In this document: piece by piece, positions 49,232-60,789 of the stretch | How positions within the stretch are numbered: position 1 is the first letter of the stretch | Layout: each line of letters opens with the position of its first letter | Assembly: GCA_051294375.1 (NCBI GenBank) | Contig: JBJCIZ010000028.1 | Coordinates: 1,239,576 to 1,303,575 of the forward strand | Origin: Paraspadella gotoi | Lineage: Eukaryota; Animalia; Chaetognatha | Length of the DNA: 64,000 bases | Direction: 5' to 3' | Program-made: the position numbers and the translations under genes | The notes under the pieces: generated by a model | The model's database searches: none | Told to the model about the DNA's origin: nothing | Seen by the model: the letters and a program-made list of their open reading frames with translations, nothing else

Positions 49232-51082
49232 GATTATAAACATGGACTTGCGACCAACAGAATCGGGGTCAAGTCGAGCTCAACTTAAACACAAACATGC
49301 AGAGGGGAGGAGAGACGAATTGGCAGCGATCTAACTTGCCGCCGCCGCCGCCGCAGTTGAGCGCCAAGTCGCGATCGGTGGCCAGGTGAGGCGACGGGCG
49401 TCAGCGAGGGTCAGAGGGGATGAAATGAAAGAGTTTCTTTGTCTTGACAGCTACTGGAATGCCGAGGATCAACTAGGAATGATCAGACCGCGCAGGAATT
49501 CACGCTCCTCGGTCGAAGAGGTTCGGCTGGCGCCACGACAGGAGGAGACGCTGCAGCAGCAGCAGCATCCTCAGCTGGAAATGCCAGTCGACGCGGAGAT
49601 GGAATCGGAGACTGTCCAAGACCAAGTTAGTTAAAGGTTTATGAATTTGAAAAGGGATCATAATCATTTCTCGGAAATGGTCGTCAAGGAGACGGTGGCC
49701 ATCCAGAACGTCGCCGTCGAAGAGGAAAAGGAAGAGGATCCGGAATTCCGCGTCACTTGGTCATCTAAAAGGTGAAGAAGAAGAAGAAGAAGAAGAAGAA
49801 GAAGAAGAACATGAATGAGAGAATGAATCAAGGACGAAAAGTAAATGAATAAAATAACTTTTTTCTTCATTTGCAGAAAAAGACGATTTCGGTTTTGAAG
49901 AAACAAAACTCACTTTTTAGTTTTTTCTGAAAATTAAAAAAAACAAAAACGAAATTAACCAAATAAACGTGGTTCGCTACTGTAATAAACAAATTTTAAT
50001 TCCCAATCGGTTGTAGACAGGCAAGAGTTAAAACCTAACCATTGGTTAACCAAGGGAAATGACCTGTTGATCTAACCGTATAACACCGATCCGCGGAGAG
50101 GGCGGGCAGCGTATAACTCGGTGTATAACTCACCGATCCGTTACCATTGGAGAGTGAGAGCAGCGTATTTCTCAGTGTATAACTCACCGATCCGTTACCA
50201 TTGGAGAGTGAGAGCAGCGTATTTCTCAGTGTATAACTCACCGATCCGTTACCATTGGAGAGTGAGAGCAGCGTATTTCTCAGTGTATAACTCACCGATC
50301 CGTTACCATTGGAGAGTGAGAGCAGCGTATTTCTCAGTGTATAACTCACCGATCCGTTACCATTGGAGAGTGAGAGCAGCGTATTTCTCAGTGTATAACT
50401 CACCGATCCGTTGCCAGTGGTGAGGGCGGGCAGCGTATTCCTCAGCGGCTCAACGCGGAATCGAATTCTGTTGGCGTCGAGGATTTGAGCGATTTGAACG
50501 CCGTTGGTGGAGTAGGGGGTCTCCACGAGGAGCAGGACTTTGGGTTCGACGAGGGGAGGACCTGAGAAGGACCTGGGGAAGAAAAAGAATTGAGAAAATG
50601 AAGTTGAAATAAAATATATATATAGTAGTAAATAATAAGGATAATACATTTTCGACTCACGAATCTCTGAGGCTGGAATTTGATTTTGATTTAAAAGGCG
50701 CCATCTTGCAGACGAACTCGGGATCGGGCGGCGCGAGCGCTCGCCATCGAAAGTCGCGTCGCGAGTGAAATGTAGAGACATAATAAGTAGTGAAAAGAAG
50801 AGTGAGAGCGGAGAGGGATAAGGCGAAGGCCACGCCCCTTCTCATTGACGGGGGCCGAAAAAAGCGAAGGAGACTGAGAGAAAGAAGATTATATTACGAT
50901 TAATAATTACAGTAGATAATATTACTAAAATATTCATTAATAGCGGTTATTAAAATTTAAAATAATTTAACAAAAGATTTATACCGAAGGAAGATTGAGG
51001 AACGAAGCGGAGATGAAGAGACGCTGGAGGAAGGAAGGAGATAGGCTTTGTCCGATTGATCCGTCTTGTAGCGAACATACAT
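39771..51082 (-). CDS. NDST: Heparan sulfate N-deacetylase/N-sulfotransferase, multi-exon
   Basis: Type II TM segment, then [21 protein letters not shown]...[33 protein letters not shown]...RGFVH...[53 protein letters not shown] and [17 protein letters not shown] junctions were checked at several exons. Confidence 0.95.
46384..46641 (+). mobile_element. Solo LTR-like tRNA-twister element (subfamily B) in an NDST intron
   Basis: TGTGGCG...GTTGCCATA with an ATAT/ATAT TSD. A-box-like TGGCTTGGACAG and B-box GGTTCAATCC. Confidence 0.85.
46506..46588 (+). ncRNA. Type-P5 twister ribozyme; predicted cleavage 46533^46534
   Basis: P5 GCTGG/CCAGC; P2 GTGT/ACAC; L1 GATGG; P1 TG-TCGG-CA; T^AA; GC; P3 CAGTGAC/GTCACTG; P4 CAGG/CCTG with loop TCCAAAGC (TGG:CCA and GC:GC pseudoknots). 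Confidence 0.85.
48606..49774 (+). CDS. Nested antisense gene in an NDST intron encoding a Pro/Cys-rich unknown protein
   Basis: Exons ~48606-48715, 48829-49164 (GC donor), 49357-49385, 49451-49625 and ~49675-49774. Frame is kept over three consecutive junctions. The last acceptor is non-canonical. Confidence 0.55.
50107..50445. repeat. 54-bp tandem repeat (~6 copies) spanning an NDST exon end and splice donor
   Basis: Unit CAGCGTATTTCTCAGTGTATAACTCACCGATCCGTTACCATTGGAGAGTGAGAG, which reads [18 protein letters not shown] on the minus strand. Confidence 0.95.
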
Positions 51083-52179
51083 ACTGACAAATGATAGGAC
51101 AATGAGTGGGCCTGGCCACTGACAAATGCTAGGACAATGACTGGCCACTTTCACAGCAAATTCATCCTTTTCCCTCACCTGGCGCTCTTTCGTCGAAGCG
51201 TGGACCAGGCGATTGGGCAGGCGAGACCGAATAGAGCCGAGATGAGGCAGGCGACAACAATCAAAGCCTCCACGCCGAAGGGAGTCTCGTCCGCGGATCG
51301 ATCCCCGTCCGCACGCCGCCGCGTCCAGACGCCGCCGCGCCGCTCGCACGCCTCACGTGAAGCAGCCGCCGCCGCGCCCGCCGCGCTGGACGCAGCGTCG
51401 ATGTTGTTGCCGAAGTTCCAGTCGGCGTTGGAGGCGTCGACGACGAAGACGACGATGAGACGGACGACGAGGCGTTGGATCAACGAGAGACGAGATTCGA
51501 CGGAGACGAGCCGACGACGCATTCCGGGCGAAAAGGAAGAGGAAGCATCGAGGCGGAGGCAGTAGGAGGAGGAGGAGGAGGAGGAGGAGGAAGGGACGGA
51601 TCCCTTTTTAGTTTTTTAAATTAAATTTAATGAAAAAAGAAGAAAAAATTCATTTTCGAAGACGAAAAATCGAAATTGATTTCGCGAGAATCGATTTTAA
51701 TCCACAAAACAATAAATTGAAATAACAAGAATTCCCCTCCCTCGCCCATACGGCCGACTCAATCTCTCTCTCTTTAAATATCTTCTCACTAATAAACAAT
51801 CAAATCCCAACTTTAGACCAGAAGTCAAAAACGACTTCATCTCTGACCCGAAATCCAAAACGAGGTCGGGAAAGCGGGAAACTCTTCTAATGACTAGAAT
51901 CGTAGAATATGTTGCAATGATATGAAAAAAAAATACATAAAAAAAACACCACATGTAGTTAAATATGTTGATTAATGATTATTTGGTTATCACAGAGATC
52001 GTAATATTAAAAAAAAGCTGGAATTTAAAAAAAATGTAAGTAGCTAATTTAAAAAAAAATAAATACAAACCGCGCGCGGTTTTCAAAAGGTTTTGAGTTT
52101 TAGCGTCTCTTCGAGTCTTCGAGTCTCTTCTCTCTTCTCTTCTTCCTCAAAATCATTTTCTCGTGAATCGAAACGGAAG

Positions 52180-52433
52180 TCAGACGCTAATTCCCAAATC
52201 AGCGACGCAGCCCAGCGTCGGCGCAGCGCATCCCCGCGCCCGCCGCCGCGACGCCGCCTCCCCTTCCATCTCCCTCGTCATCTCTTCCTCGCAAAGTCGT
52301 TGCTCTTGACGCTTCAGGTATTCCGCGTACAAGTGGCGTGCCTGGCGGAGGACGCCGTCAACGCGATGACGTCGGACCATCTTGTCGAAGTGGATCGCCA
52401 CCTGGAAAGCGGAAGGGATATCTGTGTTGTATG

Positions 52434-52488
<55 letters not shown>

Positions 52489-54289
52489 TCATTCGAGTCC
52501 AAATGCCTCTTGAGAATGGCGTCTCTCTGTTGCAACAAGAGGGTGAGGCAGAGAAAGAGGAGGAAGGGGCATCCGTCGCCGAGAATTTCCGGAGGCGGAA
52601 GAGGCTCGAGGGGCGGAGTCTCCACGTTGCACACCTGGAAAATAATTTAATTAATTAATTAAACAATTGTGTTAATTTTTATGATTATAATATTAATAAA
52701 TATACTCATTTACTTATAGTTATCCCTACCTGCACGAAATCGACGGTGAGACTCCCGAACGAGGCACCGTTTTCCGTGAGGGACGAGGATCGTCGACGAT
52801 GCCTCGCCGGAGAGTCGCTCGGGTCGACGGTCTCGGTAGCACGGACGAGGTCGGCGTCGAATTCGGAGAGAGAAAAGGCCGTCGAACGGGATTCGTTCTC
52901 GCCGAGGGCTGAGGTCGCTCTTGTTGTTGTTTTTGTTGTTGTTTTTGTTGTTGTAGTAATTTGGCATTGGGCTGAAGACGGATCTGGGTGGAGAGGAATA
53001 GAAAGAAATGTACACAAGTGAATATTAAATAATAATTATTTAAAAAAATATACATTCGTCCATCAGCGTGGCGAGGGAAGGGCGCGTTGAAGGGCAATGG
53101 GATCACTCTCATTCTCTAAACGGGTTTAAGCCTTTGTGAAGAATTCCACGCAAAAAGAGTGAGGAAAGGCTTTCACCTCCACCAATATGCCTCACCCTAA
53201 CCTTAACTCACCCCAACATCCCGCTCCCGCCGCAACCCTCAAGCGAACTCACCTCTCCCTCTCTTCTCTTCCCAACTCTCGTCCAACGACAACAACTCTT
53301 CCACCTCCGCAGCAGCAGCAGCAGCAGCCTCCTCGCCGCCGCCGCCGACGGACTCGTGGGCGGATTCGCAGGAGTCGAGAAAGGTCACGTGATTGAGAGT
53401 CGACTCTTCGGGTCGACCGAGGAAAGGATCGCAATACCAGGTCGTGGTGGAGATGGTGCGTTGGACGGGCTGGGGCTGGGGCGAGTCGTTGTTGTTGTTG
53501 TTGTTGTTGTAGGTGGGCGTTAGTTGGGACTCCTCCATCGGAAGAGAGGAAGAGGAGGAAGAGGAGGAGACGGGATCAACGCTGTCGCATCCACCAGTTT
53601 CGCCGGAGCAGTCGTCGTCGTCGTCGTTGTTGTTGTTGTCGTGGGGTAAGGAATCGTTTGGTCGGTCGTCTTCGTCGATTAGGAATCTAGGACGATCGCC
53701 GTCTTCGCCTTCGAGTTCGTCGCCAAGGAAGGGATTCAAAAAGGGATTCGTTGAAGAGGAAGGGATTTCGTTGTCATCGTCGAGGGAGAAGTTCGTCGCT
53801 GGGGAAGAATCTGGAAAAAGTGAATCTGTTTAAATATTATAAAATGTATTACATTATCTTACATTAATATCAATCAACGAATTGTAGCGGTATTAATTTA
53901 TATCAAGCTACTCGTCCAAGAATCAGCAGCATCATTTGCGCCAGAGGTATCAAGCGCTCCTTCCAACCCTTACTTAATTTACGTAAACATTAAAACAAAT
54001 CAAAGTGAACTAAAATAAAAATAACTTACTGCTTGTAAGTGTAACGCAGACTGAAATATGCAAATAAGATTAAAACGCGAGTTTTCCGACTCACCCATGG
54101 CTCCGATCCCGAATTCGCCGTTGACGAAGGGATTTGTGGTGAACGACCTCGAAATCGTCGTAGATCCAACGGCGAATTCGCCGTCGTCTTCGTCGTTGGA
54201 TCGATGCCGAGTGGATCCTCGCACGGAGTCGGGTGGAGCGAAGATCGACTTTAAGGAGTGAGTTCGCTTCTGGGTCGCCTGATAGATAA

Positions 54290-54352
<63 letters not shown>

Positions 54353-57300
54353 TGATTAAGGCTAAAAGCCCGAGTCCAACTATCTCGGCGTTGACATCTC
54401 CCTCACCTGCAGAAAGGATCGTTTGGATTGGTGAGTGACGCCCGACAAATTCTCCAAATGTCGATCCAGAAAAACTTTCGTCTTTTCTACAGTTTTAGTC
54501 AACGAAGTTTCGAAGATTTGATCAAAGTCGCCGCCGCCGCCGCCGACGCTCTCGTCCGCCGAGACCACGCTCGGTTTCCGTCTGGCGGCGTAGATATGCC
54601 CGGCGGACGAGGCGGGGGAAGCGGCGCCTGGATCGAGAGACGATTTAAATACTAAAATGTCGCATTTAATAATAAAAGGTTAACTAATTCCATTACCCCT
54701 CCCGTTGGGCGTGGTCGGTCGCAAGGAAGGCAAAGAAGACGGAAGATGTTTGACTTGATCTCGAAGGCGCGTGTAGTGAGTTTGAGGAGGAAGAGGAGGA
54801 GGTTCGCCGGAGTAAGAGGTGGAAGAGGAAGACTGAAGGAGGAAATAGAAATGTCAAGACAAAATACATTTTATAAATGATGATGATGATGATGATGATG
54901 ATGATGTCGTTTTGTCTCAAAGGATTCTTGGTACCATTTAAATTTATATTATATTCCATTAGCCCTGTTGGAGGAAGGGAGACGGAAACGTCATTTCATG
55001 TCAAGCGAAACCGTGAAACCTGTCTGTGAAAAGGCGGAGGCGGTCGGCGAGGAGGAAGAGACCTCGAGACGTTCTCCTCTTCCCTCAACTCCTTCGTCGA
55101 CGAATCCGCGACGTCGGATGTCGAGACGGAATTCGGAGGAGGAAGAGGAGAAGAGTTCGATTCTGGGGCGGAGGAGGAACTGAAAAGAAAAGAATGAATG
55201 AGAAGGTCAATGAAATGAGAAGGTCAATGAAATTAGAAGGTCAATGAAATGAGAAGGTCAATGAAATGAGAGGGTCAATGAAATGAGAAGGTCAATGAAA
55301 TGAGAAGGTCAATGAAATGAGAGTGTCAATGAAATGAGAAGGTCAATGAAATGAGAAGGTCAATGAAATGAGAAGGTCAATGAAATGAGAAGGTCAATGA
55401 AATGAGAGTGTCAATGAAATGAGATGGTAAATGAAATGAGAGGGTCAATGAAATGAGAGGGTCAATGAAATGAGAAGGTCAATGAAATTAGAAGGTCAAT
55501 GAAATGAGAGGGTCAATGAAATGAGAATATCAAAAAAGTAAAAATGCCCAAGAAAAGAGATGGCAGAAGAAATGATTATACACCAAAATGAAAGGAAAGT
55601 TTAGCGAAATAAAATAAAATTGAGAAGACATTTGAGTCAGCTCTCTTTCTCACTTGTAATCGGTCAAGGGAAGCTCTTCGTGAGGCGGACTCGGATAGAA
55701 GGAGGCCCAATGAATCTCCAACATGACGAGAGCCTCTTCGAAGGGAAACTCTCGCTTCAGTTCGAGCAACAACCAGCGGAAGCAGAAGAATAAGTCGAAC
55801 GCGTCTTCGTCCTGTAAATTAATAAATTAATAAAGAAATAAATAAATTAAAATTAAATTTAAAAAAAATAAATATATAAATATAATTCAAATTAATGAAA
55901 TGAATAAAAAATTAAAAGAACCCCCCTTAATCAGAAAACGTCAAACTTTGACCCAAATGACGAAAAAAATAAACACAAACGGATGAAATTATAAACATTA
56001 AACAAGGCTACAAAATAAACAACAAAAGAAGAAAAAAAACGACAAAACAAACAAAACAACAAGAAAAGTTTGTTTTTTTTAAAACGAATCAAAACTAAGA
56101 CAAAATAAAAACAGAGAGACCCCCCCCCCTCTCGACCTTGAGGTATTGCGAAAAGACGGGATCGTGATGCTCGAGCAAAAGAGACAAATGATTAAACTTG
56201 GTCGTCATGGCGATGCCGTCCGTCATAAAGTTTTTGGATACACGACGCATGAGGGCGCAGAAGCAGACGTAGGCGCGGGACTCGTCGCCCATGACGACGA
56301 GAATGGGCGAAGCGAGGTCGCCCATGCCTTGACAGTAAGAGACCTGGGAGAAATACGAAGATAAACTTTTTTTTAAAAATAACTAATCCGACACTAAACA
56401 AATGAAGTGAACAAAGATTTCCATCCGCTCGTACAATATGCAAATGAGATTAAACAAACACCAAGAAAATTTCCACTCAACGAAGAGAGGAAGTAATACA
56501 ATGACTTAGGACCAAACAAAACATGCGTTTTATAATTAATTTAATATCAAATCACGAAAAATCGATGAGAACGCGAATTAGATTAGAAAGACGTTCGACT
56601 GCTGATTGAAAAGAAAATCCTCTTCCTCTTCCTCCTCCAATAAACGAACAGGTTTCTGCTTTCGTCCATTTATGTTTCTTTCCCTTTTCACACGAATCAC
56701 AGTCCGCGTGAGAAGTGAGGTTCCACCCACAAGAATCCTCTCATCTCATTGGTTATTAATTTTAGCGAAACCAATGAATCTCATTGGTCTAGATTAGACA
56801 AAAGAATAAAATCACTTGACGATTTTCCATTTAATTTTTTTACTTTAAAATCCTCGACTTCGTCAATAACATAAGATAAACTACCTTTACCACGTGATAT
56901 CGTTTTAAAAGTAAGAGAGTCAACGAACCCTAACCGATTGGAGCCACTTGAGAGCCTCAAAGTCCAAAGTGTCGAGGGAGACACTTTGATCTCATTCGGT
57001 TGTTTTACCAAATGATTGACGCATTGACTCGACTTAAAAAAATCTCCTCAATCCTCATTTAAACCTTTGGATGATTGAGCGCAAAAGTGACGAGGACGTT
57101 GAACAACTTGACCACATTTCCCGTCTCCTCTTCGCCCGCGTAGAACTTGTGCGTCCTGTCCGTGCGGAGGACGTCCTTCTGGACCATCGAGGTGACGGCG
57201 CGGACTTCCTCCGCGGTGTAGCCTGCGGAGTGAAGGGTGGAGATTGCAAAGGGTACAAGTAAACAAGTTCAAGATGTTTATTATTATAAAAAACGAGGAA

Positions 57301-58119
57301 AATCGCAACAACAACAACAACAACTCCCCCCCTCCCACCTCTCGGCTCATCGTCTCGTCCGAATCCCGTCCACTCTTTGCGCAAAACCTCGTATTCTTCA
57401 GACTTTTTCTTCATGTAATCTATTCGTTGTTGACCTATAAGTAAAAACACATGAAGATAAACGCTTTGCGATTACGAAAGGAAATTACAATTTACGGTCA
57501 ACCCCCGTCCCCCCCCCCCAAGATAAACTTTTGTGGAAATGCGAATTTAATTCATTGATAAATAAATAAATATTCATTATTATTTAATTCTTCATTCAGC
57601 TATCATGAGCTAACGATCAATATTTTATAGTATAAAATGTGACCAAACCCTCTGACCCGTTAAATCGTGGGGATAGACGTTCAAGAGATGCGGCCACAAC
57701 GCCCTCCTCAGCGACGTCTCTATTCCTCCATGATAGACGCTCTTGCGGAACTCGAGCGGCCTCACGAGTCGTCCGTCGGAATCGAGGAAATTCTCGAGTT
57801 CGGCTCGAGACATCGGAGACTTTGAAGGACGAAGAAGTCGAGGGTCGGGGAAGGCGGAGGAGGAAGAGGAGGAGGAGAGGCGATCGGCGAGATCCACGCC
57901 GCGCATCGCCTTTTAAAGGGAGGAAGGAGGGTAAGGGAGGAAGGAGGGTAAGGGCGAAAGGTGAGCTCAGTTTTAAGATGTTTTTATTTATATCAAAGTT
58001 GAAATAGTTTATCATTTTGGCGACGATAGTTTCGCCACCCTACAGGCCCCATACGTGGTTGACCACTTAGTTGTACGGTCGCGAGAGAAGCCCGTTACTG
58101 ACATTCACTCACTCACACA

Positions 58120-58172
<53 letters not shown>

Positions 58173-59662
58173 ATTCGATAAGGTGTTTAGATTAACATTT
58201 TTATGCTTCGCGAAGGAACCACAGGAATTGCAACAGGGGTTCTAAAGGCGAAAGGTTGAATGTAATCGTTAATAGAAGAGAGAGAGAGAGAGAGAGAAAG
58301 GAGGTCATGGGACTCTACTACTAATATTACTATCCATATGTCATGTTCTGTCATGTCATGTCATCAGAACCTGCGAGACGGAGCTGAAGGCTTTGCCGAC
58401 TTGGCTGGAGAGGCTGGCGAAGGCGTTGGGGAGTTTGTCTCCGACAAAGTGTTGGACTTGAGTCTGCGACGTCGCGCGGTTGACGAAGAATCCGTCCAAC
58501 GAGGGACGACGCATCGACGCATCTTCGTTGCGGACAAAAGAAAAGTGAAAGAAAAAGGAACAGTTTAACTTGGGACTTTAATTCAATTATCTACATGATA
58601 ATTGAACAAATTCAAAATATGTAAAATAATCCAAGATAAGTAATAAAATAGAAGGAAGCTAAACGGCATTTCCAAGGTTTCGCTTTGTCTAGGAAAACAC
58701 TGGAAAATGAGAAAATGAGTACGTAAAAAGACTAAACCGAGGCCTCTATTCAAAACTCATCTTTTTAGTCTTACCGCTGCTGCTCGTCCTGCGTCGCTCA
58801 CCAAACTCCCACCGCTGCGGCTTCTGCAGCGCGGAGACGTCCAGCGGCGACAGGACGTCCCAGTCTTCGAGTCCAGGATCGAAAGGCTTCACTTCTACTT
58901 TGAGTCGGAGGTAGGGGGTTGAGGCACTGGGGGGGGAGAGGGGTACGAGAAGGGGGTTTGAAAGAAGGGTGAGGGGTTTGAAAGATGGGTAAGGGGTAGG
59001 AAATGGGGTGAGAAAGAAGGGTAAGGGGGAGGGAAGAGAGAGTCGTGATTATTCGAAAAAAAAATACGATCGTTTAGTCAATCGCATCTTTATTTAATAT
59101 TTTATACATATATATTTAACCGGTTTCGTCGAAACGATTCGCTGAAACAATTCCTTTCTTCTCACCAGTATTTAAACTTACGTTTTGTTAAAATTTTTTA
59201 TTTAAAAAAAAAATAATGACAGACTAATAAAAAGTTTCTCATTGGGTCGCGTCTTGCCCACGACAAAACCAAATTCACAACAACAACAACAAAAACAACG
59301 CCGCCGCCGCCTCACCCAAGAAACGCTGCGTCGAGATCCCAATCTGAAAGAAGAGAGACATAAACGTCGCGTTGGGCGTCGGGGTCGTGCGCCACGTAGG
59401 CGACGGTGAAGTCGACGCCAATGTCGAAGGCGCGCGCCAACAGCGCCACCAAGACTTCGTAGGTGGTGATCTGCGGATCCACGCAAAACCGGCGGTACTC
59501 GGGTGGGAGAGAGGGCGTCACTCTCTTGGCCTTGAAAGGAAAAAAGGGGATAGAGGGGAAGAGGAGAGAGAGAAGGGGAAGGAGAGGGGAAGAAAGGAAA
59601 AGAGAGAGAAGGAAGTGGGAGAGAGGAAAGGAGGCAAAACCGATTGTTCCTACGTTAATCAC

Positions 59663-59699
<37 letters not shown>

Positions 59700-59868
59700 C
59701 TCTCTTTTCCACCCACTCATTCACCTTAACTCTCACTGCCTCTCTTCTGATCTCGAAGACGCAAGCTTTGGTGTGAACAACGGGTTCGCCGACTGGACCC
59801 GCGGCCGGAGAAAAAGATCCTCCGCCGGCGCTGCTGTCGCCGCCGATGCCGATGCCGCGGGCCGCCAT
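52180..59868 (-). CDS. TBC1D25: TBC1 domain family member 25 (Rab GAP), multi-exon
   Basis: REAVRVK...LPPEYRRFCVDPQITTYEVL...VSLLSDWDL, PYLRLKVEVKP...EDWDV, VYHGGIETSLRRALWPHLLNVYP, VQKDVLRTDR, YCQGMGDLASP, FRWLLLELKREF, GDGCPFLLFLCL and HFDKMVRRH. Confidence 0.93.
54281..54352. repeat. (GATA)n microsatellite
   Basis: Directly visible, intronic. Confidence 0.95.
55197..55527. repeat. 17-bp minisatellite (GAGAAGGTCAATGAAAT), about 19 copies, intronic
   Basis: Directly visible. Confidence 0.95.
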
Positions 59869-60541
59869 CTTGGTTTCAAATTGAGATCGAGGCTCACTTT
59901 TTTCTCTTCTTCATTTGTGATTGTATTTTTTTTTTCTTTGAAGTTTCAGAGCAAAAATTTACGATTAAAATATCAGAAATGCTGCCTTGGAAGATTCTTT
60001 TTGATGACATCCGCTCAATTTCATTTTAGTTTTAGTTTTGCCGAAATCTACATAAAAATATAGAAAAATAAAATCACTAGTCGACTAGTAGGTTTCGTTT
60101 TTAAAAAGGTTAATTTACAATTAATGCGTTTAAAAAATCCATTGATAACAAATGCGAATAACTGATTCATTTGAAGCTAGTAAATTTGAAATAAACATTC
60201 ATTGATATTAATACTACAAACTAAACAATAAACATACAGCCATATTTTTTGCTCGACTGAAAATCAGTTGATCTTAATCAAACCTATCTTTAAATACATT
60301 AGCCTTTATTACATAGATTGTCAGATTATTAAAACATTAATATCTATTAGTAAGTGTGAAGAAAATCCAAAGGTTGATCAACATCAAAAATCCCAAATTT
60401 TAAAACGCGGAAAGATAAATAAGTAAATAAAATTTAAAAAACTAAACGCGTAATAACACGATTTTTTTAATTCGAATTCTTAATGTTGTTTTTAGTTTTG
60501 TTATTTTTGTTTTGTTTTGTTTCTTAAGCGAATCGAGAGAC

Positions 60542-60727
60542 TTAGACTTCGCAAGAGAAGTCCCGCTGACAAGGCTTGCAGACAGGCGCGGGATGACGGG
60601 AGGCGTGGCCCGGGAGCGGAGTGGGCGCGCCCATGCAACGAGAACAAAAGATCTCACCACAGGACCAGCAGTGACGGGGAGTTGAGGACTGACCAGAGTT
60701 TGGATCCAGGCTGGCGATGCCGCAGGC

Positions 60728-60789
<62 letters not shown>

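Noticed and set aside
50107-50445. CRISPR-like appearance of regular repeats (also 13302-13420 and 55197-55527)
   Set aside because: There are no unique spacers or cas genes and the context is eukaryotic. They are plain tandem repeats.
58015-58340. Possible further tRNA-twister relative (TTTGGCGA...TTCGCCA hairpin and ...AAGCCC)
   Set aside because: I could not assign a matching TSD or a complete twister core.
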